Assembly (NCBI RefSeq): GCF_004010195.1
Contig: NC_057739.1
Coordinates: 45,741,356-45,805,355, forward strand
Reading direction: 5' to 3'
DNA: 64,000 nucleotides
From: Chiloscyllium plagiosum
Lineage: Eukaryota
The position numbers were made by a program, and so were the translations under genes. The first letter of the stretch is position 1; each line of letters opens with the position of its first letter. The notes below the pieces were generated by a model. The model was given only the letters and a program-made list of their open reading frames with translations, had not been told where the DNA came from and ran no database searches. Shown piece after piece: positions 1 through 10,754 of this stretch.

Positions 1-1055
1 TCTACCTGTCCCTGGTGTTGCGAAGGATGGGCCTGGCCTCGCTGCCGCTGAACGCTCCGAGTAGTTGGACCGTTCCGTATCACCTGTCCTTCGTGGAGAA
101 GTTTGTGAAGAAAAACACCTTTGACCACAAGTCCATTATGAAGTGGTCAGCACGTAGTGTCCTTGAGATCCTTCGGGAAAAGGAGAGGGCGGATCCTGTC
201 GAGCGGTTCGCTGAGCAGACTGTCAAAGCCATTTGGCAGGATGCCTCATCGCCAGAACTTTCCAACAAGCACCAAGACATGGCTTGGCTGGTGGTGAGAA
301 GGGCTCTGCCTGTGAGATCCTTTATGCACGCCCGGACTCTCTGCCGCACCGCACGCTGCCCTCGAAGCGGCTTCGGGGGTGACGAGACTGTCAGACACCT
401 CCTTCTGGAATGTGCCTACGCAGAGGAAGTCTGGAGAGGAATGCAGTGGTGTTTGTCGAGGTTCGTCCCGAGCAGCGCTGTGACGCGGGACTCCGTGCTC
501 CACGGCCTGTTCCCCGGGACACACACCGAGACGAACATCAACTGTGCCTGGAAGATCATCAACTCAGTGAAGGACGCTCTCTGGGTGGTCCGAAACCTGC
601 TGATCTTCCAGCTGAAGGAAGTATATTTTTGAAATTAAAAAAAAAGTTCTTCTGGATCGAAAACAGGGGGCCCACGCAGTCATTTGGGCTCCGCTGGTGC
701 CTCAGCTCAATGTAATCGCACCAACCTGTGAATAGGAATGATTACTCTGTTTCGATACGCAAAGAAATGGAATGTGTACATGTGTATGGCATGTCCAATT
801 GTATAGATCAAAGTATTTATGAATAAAGTATATTTTTGAAATTAAAAAAAAAGTTCTTCTGGATCGAAAACAGGGGGCCCACGCAGTCATTTGGGCCCTG
901 CTGATGCCTCAGCTAAAGATGTAATCGTACAGACCTGTAAATAGGAATGATTACTCTGTTTCGGTATGCAAACAAATGGAATGTTTACATATGTATGGCA
1001 TGTCCGATTGTACAGACCATTAAAGTATTTTATGAATAAAGTATATTTTTGAAAT
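1..1055 (+). mobile_element. 3' end of a Tx1/L1-clade non-LTR retrotransposon (ORF2 C-terminal zf-RVT/CCHC region plus tandemly repeated 3' UTR)
   Basis: ORF 15-632 has W-LVVRRALPVRS..CPR..ETVRHLLLECAYAEEVW..LWVVRN, typical of the zf-RVT region of L1/Tx1 ORF2. It is followed by two ~207-bp copies of a tail ending AATAAAGTATATTTTTGAAAT(T)A. Confidence 0.8.
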
Positions 1056-1129
1056 AATTTTTTTAAAATCATTTTAATTATCAATACACTTCCTTTTCCA
1101 GTCCAGTTTTGCCTGTTACCTGCTGAACT

Positions 1130-1345
1130 TGATTTGGAGACGCAGGTGTTGGCCTGGGGTGGACAAAGTTAAAAATCACACAACACCAGGTTATAGTCCA
1201 ACAGGTTTAATTGGAAGCACTGGCTTTCAGAGCGCTGCCCCTTAGTCAGGTGGTCGTGGCGACCTGGTGAAGGAGCAGCGCTCTGAAAGTTAGTGCTTCC
1301 AAATAAACCTGTTGGACTATAATCTGGTGTTGTGTGATTTTGAAC
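1130..1345. mobile_element. Palindromic Penelope-derived non-autonomous element with two degenerate hammerhead motifs in inverted orientation
   Basis: AAAATCACACAACACCAGGTTATAGTCCAACAGGTTT..GGAAGCAC (from ~1171) is the reverse complement of GTGCTTCC..AAACCTGTTGGACTATAATCTGGTGTTGTGTGATTTT (to ~1340). Same family as 38870-39070 and 44938-45041. Confidence 0.7.
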
Positions 1346-1787
1346 CCTGTTGTTTGTCTAGTGTTTTTTTTAAGTACGCTCCTCTTTTCAGTTAAAAATA
1401 TCCAGGGGACTGGACCTGTGCAGCATCACAGACACAAGAGACCAAATGGACTTTCTGTGCAATATTCACATCCCGGATTCCATCCGTTAATAAACTGGCG
1501 CTTCTCTGTAAAATCTTGACCTCATAGCAACAGATTTTCCGCAGATTGCACTGGCGGATTGGAGGATTTCAGTATCTCTGACATTGAATCAAGACATTGG
1601 CCCGAGTGAACCATCAGGGAATCTGATCAGATCTTTGCAACTATTTCATGCAGCCGGCTAAATGAACGCGGGTTAAAGTGAGTCATTTCTGCAGGACCGT
1701 GGAACCCTTTGAAGAGGAAGTCAAAGGCACGGCCCGACAGAATAAAAACGGGATATTATTCAGGCAGAGTCACATACTCGTTTCAGG

Positions 1788-1846
1788 ATGGACTCTCGTT
1801 GCCAGTACAGGACCTTCCAAAGGATTCTTCAGCCGACTGAAATGGG
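1788..1846 (+). CDS. SLC2A6: SLC2A6-like coding exon 1 (MDSRCQYRTFQRILQPTEMG)
   Basis: ATG at 1788 with an in-frame upstream TAA (1743). The GG|GTAAGA donor is phase 2 and matches the exon 2 acceptor. YRTF resembles human GLUT6 YDTF. Confidence 0.7.
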
Positions 1847-2239
1847 GTAAGAAATAAAAAGCTCCTCTTGGATCCAGTAACAGGAACTTTTATTTGGAAT
1901 AAAGCAGTGCATCTTGAAGAAAAAAAAGTTATTTCACAAAAAAAGTAAAATTTTGCAATATAAACGCCACTGTTTACAGCCTCTCTTCAGTAGTTTGTAC
2001 AATTCTCCCATTTTAAGTTGGCTAACATCATAATTTTCTTACTCCCTCTAATTTTTCTTCAGTAAGTTGTTATGCCTTAGCATGTGGCAATCCAGCCTTG
2101 TTTTTCCTTGATGCGGTGCCTTTATCTAGCCGCTTTCACTTGGTGAGGAGTCCTCACCAAAGTCTGAAATAAAATCAGAAAATGTTGGAAATGTTGAAGT
2201 GGTCAGGCAACATTGCCTGAGGAGAAACAGGTCTGTCCC

Positions 2240-2412
2240 AGCACAAAACAGCATCCGGTCACCGTCGCCTGCTTTTGTGGGATCTTCCTGTGCATGCCTG
2301 GTGCGTTGTGTTACCTTCACGGTGACAGTGACTACACGTCTGAATGAACCCCATTGAATGTAATTCACTTTGGAAAGCCCTGAGACTGTGCAAAACAACA
2401 AGTCTTTTTTTC
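2240..2412 (+). mobile_element. Degenerate 3' part of a Deu-domain (SacSINE1-like) SINE
   Basis: TGTGGGATCTT.CTGTGCA..ACAGTGACTACAC..CTTTGGAA..CCTGAG..CAAGTCTTT resembles the recalled SacSINE1 tail and similar stretches at 13455-13600 and 50990-51290 (-). Confidence 0.45.
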
Positions 2413-2602
2413 TGTTCTTTGTTCACACTTGAAAATGATACATAATGATACCGTGTACAGGCAATAGATATGAGTGATATAGGGGGATATAAGTGAGAGA
2501 AACGATTTATATAGGGTGATAGTGCATATATTTGGCATATATGATACAGGGTGATACAAGGTGACATTAAGGTATTCCCCACGTGATGTTATATAAGATG
2601 TC

Positions 2603-2917
2603 ATAGAGTCATAGAGATGTACAGCATGGAAACAGACCCTTCAGTCCAACCCAACCCAATCGAGTCCCACCTGCCAGCACCCGGCCCATATCCCTCCAAA
2701 CCCTTCCTATTCATATATCCATCCAAATACCTCTTAAATGTTGCAATTGTACACCACTTCCTCTGGCAGCTCATTCCATACACATACCACTCTCTGTGTG
2801 AAAAAGTTGCCCCTTAGGTCTCTTTTATATCTTTCCCCTTTCAACCTAAACCTATGCCCTCTAGTTCTGGACTCCCCGATCCCAGGGAAAAGACTTTGCC
2901 TATTTACCCTATCCATA
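2603..2917 (-). mobile_element. CR1-clade LINE 3' end fragment
   Basis: Minus-strand peptide SRTRGHRFRLKG..RGNFFTQRVVCVWNELP and a CTCTATGA-type tail repeat at ~2603-2616. Confidence 0.85.
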
Positions 2918-4687
2918 TGGCCCTGCTAATATATTAAACACATGATATATAGAAACATGGAATAAATGTGGAATTGTCAACTTAACCTCTACTTCAATCA
3001 ATAGAAGTGGTACATGTCGGTTGGAAGAATTTATCAATTTATTGGTCCCCCAGTGCTGAATTCTAAAATTCTTCTAATCCACAAGTTTCCAGCTCGTTTT
3101 TAGCAGCCTAGTCCTTTGACCTAATACTGTCTTTAACTGTAATTGATAGTCAAAGCACTCTCCATTTTACCCTTAAAAATGTATACCTTTTTAAAACCAA
3201 GCATTTATTGCTTAAATATTTGCCAATGTCTATCTATAGTCAAACGTGTTAATGTAACTTTCCAATCCACTATAACCAACTTTCTCCTCATGGTTTCAAA
3301 ATTACATTTGTTTCAATGGAAAAGCTCAGTTTCATACTGAGCCTACATCCTTTTTCAACATTATGATCACTTTATGATCACTATTCCCTAAAGGGTCTTT
3401 TACAACAAGATTTTTAGTAGCCCTTTCTCATTGCATAATATTAGCCCATGTCTTAGTTTGTCGACATATTTCTCGAGGAAATGCTGTTAAACACATTTCA
3501 GGAATTTGACATTCACAAGATTGGTACCCATTAGATGTACCTGCCTTTCTGTAGATTAAAGTCCCCCATGAATACTGTATTCCCCTTGTTACTTCCATCT
3601 TTCATATCTGAATGTATACAGTGTGCTACACTGTCATGGCTGTTTCACACCTCACTATGTTTGCTGCCTCTTGCTGTTTCTTAGCTGCATCCAAACAGAT
3701 TCTACACCCTCTTCTTTTGATTAGAGGTCCTGTCTAACTATAACTGATCCCATTCCTTATAATCAGTGTTTATCCAGGTCTCTCTCCTTTTATCTGTCAT
3801 TCCTAAACGTCAAATATCCTTTAATATTCAGCTCTTGGCCTTGTAAACTCCAATGGCAAGTTTTTAATTTTGCCTTTTTAACACTGTTCTGCAAATTCTG
3901 CAAATGATTTGCGGATTTTCACTTTCATTCTCAACTTTGTTACTTCCCATAAAAAGCTTTTGTTTCTTTTGATCTGGATTCCCTCTAGAGTTTGCAATTT
4001 CCCTGACAAGTTTAGTTGAAATTCATTCCAACAGCACAGGGAAATCTCCCCCTGGGATTCATGAGCTCCAGTTCTGATACATACCATGAGATTACATTGA
4101 GACAGCCACTCAATCGAATGCAGAATCAAGTTAAAAATGTGCCAACCTAAGCGTAGTTAAAAATAACGAGACAAACAAGTTCAGCAGGTAACAGGCAAAG
4201 CTATAGACTGGAAAAGGAACTGTATTGATAATTTAAATGATTAAAATTATTACTCCCCGATAAACCAACCTAATATTACAAGCACTAAAAGACAATGCAA
4301 ATTTCATAAAGTTAACTATATCATTGTGAGACCAAACCATATGAGGACTAGGGCTACATGTGAACAAGACACAGCCCATTTGGTAAGAACTTAAAATAAT
4401 CCTCATATATCCCTTTGGAAATTCAGGAAAACCTTTTTCCAGGGGATCAGAAGAATGTGGGACTCACTCTCCAAGGAAGCAGTTGAGGTGAATCGCACTG
4501 ATGCATTTAAAGAGGAAGCTAGATCAATGCACAAAGTAGACAGCAAAAGCAGTGTATAGCGATGGGGATGGGGATATGAAGAGGGAGTGGGAGGTGATTG
4601 GGGTGGATCAGAAATGCTAATACGTACTCATTGGCTTGAATGGCCTATCTGTGTGAAGTCGACATGATAATAGCCTTCACCTTCCAG

Positions 4688-4850
4688 GAGATTCCAGAAC
4701 CGTTGGTTGTACCTGGCAGTCTTCACTGCAATCTTGGGAAATCTGAGCTTTGGCTATGCTCTCGTCTACACCTCTCCTGTGATCCCAGAACTGCAGCAGT
4801 CTCCCGACCCACTGCTTCGACTGGATGACTACAAGGCCTCCTTTTTTGAG
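4688..4850 (+). CDS. SLC2A6: SLC2A6-like exon 2
   Basis: cttccag|G AGA TTC CAG AAC..; RFQNRWLYLAVFTAILGNLSFGYALVYTSPVIPELQQSPDPLLRLDDYKASFFE; donor GAG|gtaatt. Confidence 0.93.
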
Positions 4851-5499
4851 GTAATTAAAGGAAACAACTCATGTTTTCAGAAGAGAATTGTTATTTGTTA
4901 GAATGGGCTGTGTAGAGGAAGCTTTACTCTTTATTTAACCCCATGCTGTTCTTGTCCTGGGAGTGTTTGATGGGGAACATTGTAGAGGCAGCTTTACTGT
5001 TTCTCACCCCCTGCTAGCACACACACAGATACAAGTTCAGATACACACACACTCCCAGAATCAAGTAAAAAAATGTGCCAACCTAAGAATAACGTGGTTA
5101 AAAAACACACGCACATGCACACACAGACACTCTCTCTCTCTCTCAGTGGGTGCTATGGCTGGTGGGAAAGACTGGGAATGCACTTCAATCGCCCCTGACC
5201 ACAGGGAGAGCTCTGAGATGCTTGTTTTGGTTTGTCCAGGACTTGCTGCTCCTCGAGCTTCCTTCTCCAGGAAGACTGGTTGACTGGTTCACAACTTATA
5301 CAATCTCTGACTTACTGGTTAAACGCATAGGCTTCCAACAACTGGTGAGGGGAAAAACAGACCTCCTTCAGACATTATGTGGTTGTTTTTCACTGCAGTG
5401 AAAAGCACAGCACGTCCCCTTTTGGAGGTCCAAACGCTTCTGGCTAAATTGCTCACATCCAGAAGCTTCAAGCCAATCACATCTACGTTGGCAAGTAGG

Positions 5500-5728
5500 A
5501 GTGACAGTGGCGTAGTGATATTGTCAGTAGCAGAGTGATCCTGAACCCTGAGTTAATGTTCCAGGGAGGTGGGTTCAAATCCTGTTAAGGCAGATGGTGA
5601 AATTAGAATGAATTAAAATTAGTTATGTAACCATTGTTGATTGCCATAAAAACCCATTTGCTTTGCCAATGTCCTGAAGGGAACCTGCCAACCTTACCTG
5701 GTCGGGCCTACATGTGACTTCAGACCTG
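5500..5728 (+). mobile_element. tRNA-headed SINE (second family), interrupted by a CR1 insertion
   Basis: A-box-like GTGGCGTAGTG, B-box GGTTCAAATCC, and body CCTTACCTGGTC.GGCCTACATGTGACT.CAGACC shared with minus-strand copies at 28340-28730, 33580-33790 and 45270-45560. Confidence 0.55.
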
Positions 5729-5734
5729 TTACAG

Positions 5735-6130
5735 TCATACAGCATGGCAACAGGCCCTTCAACCCAACTCCTCCATGCTGACCAACTTTCCCAAAACTGA
5801 ACTAGTCCCATTTGCCTGCTTTTGGCCCATGTCCCTCTAAACCTTTCCTATTTATGTACCTCTCCAAATGTCTTTTAAATGTTGTAATTGTACCAGACTC
5901 TATCACTTCCACTGGGAGTTTGTTCCATACATGTACCACCCTCTGCATGAAAAAATTACACCTTAGGTCCCTTTTATATCTTTCCCCGCTTACCCTAAAC
6001 CTATGCCCTCTAGTTATGGACTCCAGGGAAAATACCTTGTCTATTTACCCTATCCATGCCCCTCATGATTTTATAAACCTGGATAAGGTCACCCCTCAGC
6101 CTCCGATGCTCCAGGGAAAGCAGCCCAAGC
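5735..6130 (-). mobile_element. CR1-clade LINE 3' fragment
   Basis: GLLSLEHRRLRGDLIQVYKIMRGMDRVN motif on the minus strand. Confidence 0.85.
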
Positions 6131-6415
6131 CCCATTGACTCTGAACTGCCCTCTGGGGTGGAGCCACATGACGGAACAGAGGAAAAAAGCTGGTCATCAT
6201 TCCACAACCAATCAGTGACTTGCTGCTGGCGGAATCTCCCTGTGTACAGACCCCTGGCTCCAATTGGCCCACAGTAACCTCAGCTCTGCTTTTCCTTGGT
6301 TTATAAAACAGTACTTTTCCCAATTCAGTCCATGACCATAACTACAGATAAATAATAAGATGTAGTGGTTACACTATCAATGTATTCCTGTGTGTGTTTC
6401 TCTCTACTCTTACAG

Positions 6416-6622
6416 TCTGTCTTCACCTTGGGTGTTGTGTTTGGAGGCCTCACCACCATGCTCCTCAATGATCTCCTCGGGCGGAAGCTGACCATCATGC
6501 TGTCCAGCGTGCCCTCTGTTTTGGGATTTGCCATCATGGGCAGTGCTCAGGCAGTGTGGATGTTGGACCTGGGTCGGGCATTGACTGGGATCGCAGGGGG
6601 AATGCTGTCAGGCACAGTTCCG
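6416..6622 (+). CDS. SLC2A6: SLC2A6-like exon 3
   Basis: ttacag|TCT; SVFTLGVVFGGLTTMLLNDLLGRKLTIM..GRALTGIAGGMLSGTVP; donor CCG|gtaaga. Confidence 0.95.
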
Positions 6623-7404
6623 GTAAGATGTGAACAGAAAATCAGGCATCGAGACACTGAGTGGCAGTTACTGAGATAGCACACTGCTGGCTGGGGGCAT
6701 GGGGGCGGGGGAAGAGAGGGAATGGCATTAGGGATGGGGTGATATGGGGGTGTGTGGGACCTTTTTCCCACATCATGGTGGGGGGGGAGCTCTCCGTGAC
6801 CACTGAATGAATCCTCACATTACCAAGAGTGAGGAGCAGAAAATATCAGAGCAAAGTGACACTGAGGCTAAGTACCATAAACCCACCCACCATGGACCCA
6901 GTGGGCTGAATGGCCTGTTCAGGTGCTGAAAATACCAGGCTAATGCAGTCACCACAAGAAAGGTTGTGTTGGAAATGTTTTTTGAACCACTGCAGTCTGT
7001 GTGCTGTAGGTAGACCCACAATGCCTGAAAGGAGGGAATTCCAGGATTTTGACCAAGCGACAGTGAAGGAACGGTGATATATTTCCAAGTCAGGATGGTG
7101 AGTGACTTGGAGGGGAATTTGCAGGGGATGGTGTTGCCATGTACCAACTGCCATTGACCCTTGAGGTGGAAGTGGTTGTGGGGTTGGAGGGTGCTCTTGG
7201 ATCCCTGCACTGTACAGCGAGCTCAAGAAATAAACATCAAGAATATACAGAGATGAAAGATGCGATGGAGCATTGGAGGAGCAGGATCAAAGTGTGATCT
7301 TTATCAGGAACATTTGAAGAATCAGACTGACCCCATCGGAATCCACTCATGGGAGCAAGGAGTGAAGCATTAAATCTGCCTGACACTTGCAGTGCCACAT
7401 TATG

Positions 7405-8700
7405 GGAGGGGCAGAGCTGAGGGAGCACCGCACTGTAGGAGGGTCAATGCTGAGGGAGCGCCGCACTGTAGGAGGGTCAGCACTGAGGGAGTGCCACACT
7501 GTCAGAGGGTCAGCGCTAAGGGAGTGCCGCACTGTCGGAGGGTCAGTGCTGAGGGAGTGCCGCACTGTCGGAGGGTCAGCGCTAAGGGAGTGCCGAACTG
7601 TGGGAGGGTCAGTGCTGAGGGAGCACCGCACTGTCAGAGGGTCAGTGCCGAGGGAGTGCTGCACTGTCAGAGGGTCAGTGCCGAGGGAATGCCGCACTGT
7701 CGGAGGGTCAGTGCTGAGGGAGTGCCGCCCTGTGGGAGGGTCAGTGCTGAGGGAGCACCGCACTGTTGGAGGGTCAGCGCTGAGGGAGTGCTGCACTGTC
7801 GGAGTGTCATTGCTGAGGGAGTGGGCACTGTCGGAGAGTCAGTGCTGAGGGAGTGCCGCACTGTCAGAGGGTCAGTGCTGAGGGAGNNNNNNNNNNNNNN
7901 NNNNNNNNNNNNNNNNNNNNNNNNNNNNNNNNNNNNNNNNNNNNNNNNNNNNNNNNNNNNNNNNNNNNNNNNNNNNNNNNNNNNNNNNNNNNNNNNNNNN
8001 NNNNNNNNNNNNNNNNNNNNNNNNNNNNNNNNNNNNNNNNNNNNNNNNNNNNNNNNNNNNNNNNNNNNNNNNNNNNNNNNNNNNNNNNNNNNNNNNNNNN
8101 NNNNNNNNNNNNNNNNNNNNNNNNNNNNNNNNNNNNNNNNNNNNNNNNNNNNNNNNNNNNNNNNNNNNNNNNNNNNNNNNNNNNNNNNNNNNNNNNNNNN
8201 NNNNNNNNNNNNNNNNNNNNNNNNNNNNNNNNNNNNNNNNNNNNNNNCACTGTCGGAGGGTCAGCGCTAAGGGAGTGCCGCACTGTCGGAGGGTCAGCAC
8301 TGAGGGAGTGCCACACTGTCGGAGGGTCAGCGCTAAGGGAGTGCCGCACTGTCGGAGGGTCAGCACTGAGGGAGTGCCACACTGTCGGAGGGTCAGCGCT
8401 AAGGGAGTGCCGCACTGTCGGAGGGTCAGCACTGAGGGAGTGCCACACTGTCGGAGGGTCAGCGCTAAGGGAGTGCCGCACTGTCGGAGGGTCAGCACTG
8501 AGGGAGTGCCACACTGTCGGAGGGTCAGCGCTAAGGGAGTGCCGCACTGTCGGAGGGTCAGCACTGAGGGAGTGCCACACTGTCGGAGGGTCAGCGCTAA
8601 GGGAGTGCCGCACTGTCGGAGGGTCAGCACTGAGGGAGTGCCACACTGTCGGAGGGTCAGCGCTAAGGGAGTGCCGCACTGTCGGAGGGTCAGTGCTGAG
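7405..8700. repeat. 33-bp minisatellite (GAGGGTCAGTGCTGAGGGAGTGCCGCACTGTCG) spanning an assembly gap; 66-bp higher-order dimer at 8248-8700
   Basis: Directly visible tandem units; 11-aa periodicity in the translated frames. Confidence 0.95.
7887..8247. other. Assembly gap (N run)
   Basis: N characters. Confidence 1.
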
Positions 8701-8930
8701 AAAGGGATAGACTGAAATTTTCATTCCACTTTGTGTGTTATGTCACCACAGGGAACCCCCAGAATTCTCAGTCTGAGGAAGTTGAAAGTTGTGTGGGTAT
8801 GTGTGTGATCTCCCTGTGTGCTGTGTTGTCCATCCGAGCAGTAGGTCTAACCATCAGCCCTGGGTTTGCTCAGATACAGGAGCCAGTGATTGTGCAGCAG
8901 GTACTGAAGGATTTTGTTCTTGTGTTGCAG

Positions 8931-9030
8931 ATATACATTGCGGAGATCTCCGTGCCCAAGCTGAGGGGGAGAATGGGAGTTGGACCCCAGATCATGCTTG
9001 TACTTGGAACACTCCTGCTGTATGCATTGG
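8931..9030 (+). CDS. SLC2A6: SLC2A6-like exon 4
   Basis: ttgcag|ATA; IYIAEISVPKLRGRMGVGPQIMLVLGTLLLYAL; donor G|gtgagg. Confidence 0.95.
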
Positions 9031-9529
9031 GTGAGGAATTCCACAGATTGGGAACGCTGCTTGCTGCAGAGGGATTCTGTCCACTGGCAATGAGGGGAAT
9101 GTTTGTACTCAGTGGGATCATTCCCTGCTCCAATGCAAGAGCTCCGCTCAGAGGCCTACTCCAGGACTGACTATTAACTCGGCCTGTCCATAAACGTTGG
9201 ACTATATGGCCTACTCCTGCTCCTTCGGCCTTTTGAGTCTGCCCCCACTACTCAATATCATCACCACTGGTCATCATCAAATGACCAAAGAGGTCGGGGA
9301 TCAATGTGAAATCGTTCCATCCCTTTCCAATGCGTGACGGCAAGATTCCTGGTCAACCCTGGGATGGGGAGCACTGGAATCTCTTTGGGACTAGCTCCAG
9401 GCTTAAACATGCTTGTAAATGATAATGTTACCACAGCAACATGATGCTCACTGTCACAAACAGCACAATCTGAGTGAATGGGAAAGGGGCTAATTGGAGG
9501 GAATAAGGAGGGAGGGATTTGATGGTCCA

Positions 9530-9665
9530 AGTTGGTAGAGTTTGTGGAGATTATTGGGGGGAACGGGGAGGGAGGGGTGGAGTTGGTTGAGTTTGTGGGG
9601 ATTATTGGGGGGAACGGGGAGGGAGGGGCGGAGTTGGTTGAGTTTGTGGGGATTACTGGGGGAAG
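9530..9665. repeat. G-rich ~50-bp tandem repeat (~2.7 copies) upstream of SLC2A6 exon 5
   Basis: GTTGGT.GAGTTTGTGG.GATTATTGGGGGGAACGGGGAGGGAGGGG.GGA repeated. Confidence 0.85.
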
Positions 9666-9716
9666 CCGTTGGTGATTAAAGAGTCAATTTAACATGGAAT
9701 TGTTATTGTCCATCAG

Positions 9717-9928
9717 CCCTGGTCCTCTCCTGGCGATGGCTGGCTATTGTTGGTGCCTTTATCCCCACCCTCATGATCATTGTCATGTGCTTCATGCCGG
9801 AATCTCCTCGCTATTTAATCTCCAAACACTACTCCAGTGAAGCAATGGAGGCACTTGCCTGGCTTCGGGGTCCTGAGGCCAATTACCAACATGAGTATAG
9901 AGAGATCGAGACTTCGCTCAGCAGCAAT
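9717..9928 (+). CDS. SLC2A6: SLC2A6-like exon 5
   Basis: catcag|CC; LVLSWRWLAIVG..FMPESPRYL..ALAWLRG..SLSSN; donor AAT|gtaagt. Confidence 0.95.
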
Positions 9929-10199
9929 GTAAGTTGTTTTATCTTCACTTTGCACTGAAATGTCATTGGGAGGCTTCACTGACTCTTTCCACTTTCAGGA
10001 ATTGGGTCCACATAGGAGACAGTTTCCACGGTAACCAGGTGCCCTCTGGTACTGAGCTCAAATGTGATTCTGTCACTCAGTTTACCCTCACCCAGCGATA
10101 GGTCAGTCTCACCCTCACTCAGGGGTCACAGGCCAGTCCTGAACCAATGATGGGAATACCTGTCACATTAAACCAATGAGCATTCACAGGACAGAGGGT

Positions 10200-10730
10200 C
10201 AGTGGTCAGGTCCCACTCCAGAGACATGAAGCCAACATCCAAACTCACATCATACCACCCTACTAAGGGAGCCACATCCTACTGAGGGAGCCCCGTCCTA
10301 CTGAGGGAGTACCGCACTGTCGGAGGGTCAGTGCTGAGGGAGCAGGCACTGTCAGAGGTTCAGTGCTGAGGGAGCGCTGCATTATTGGAGGATCAGTGTT
10401 GAGAGAGCAGGCAGTGTTGGAGGGTCAGTGCTGAGGGAGCACCGCACTGTCGGAGGGTCAGTGCTGAGGGAGTGGGCACTGTCGGAGGGTCAGTGCCGAG
10501 GGAATGGGCACTGTTGGAGGGTCAGTGCCAAGGGAGCACCGGACTGTCGGAAGGTCAGTGCTGGGAGAGCGGACACCGGGGGGTCTGTACTGAGGGAGGG
10601 CCACATCTGCTGTCAGAGCCAGAGACCTTTCACCAACTTTCCTGACCATATTGCATCATTAAAATAAAATGCTGTCTGTGGGATTTTGCTTGCCTACCTT
10701 ACCTGTTGTGTTTCCATCATTATAGAAGTG
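10200..10730 (+). mobile_element. Deu-domain SINE copy with internal 33-bp minisatellite expansion (~10260-10600)
   Basis: GTCCCACTCCAGAGAC head, CTGAGGGAG..CACTGTCGGAGGGTCAG tandem units, and GCTGTCTGTGGGATTTTGCT tail. Confidence 0.6.
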
Positions 10731-10754
10731 CCCAGTGCCCAGACTTGCAACTTA

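Noticed and set aside
7347-8724. Repetitive ORFs and a superficially CRISPR-like regular array
   Set aside because: Head-to-tail 33-bp units with no unique spacers, no cas genes and a vertebrate context; ORF length is inflated by Ns.
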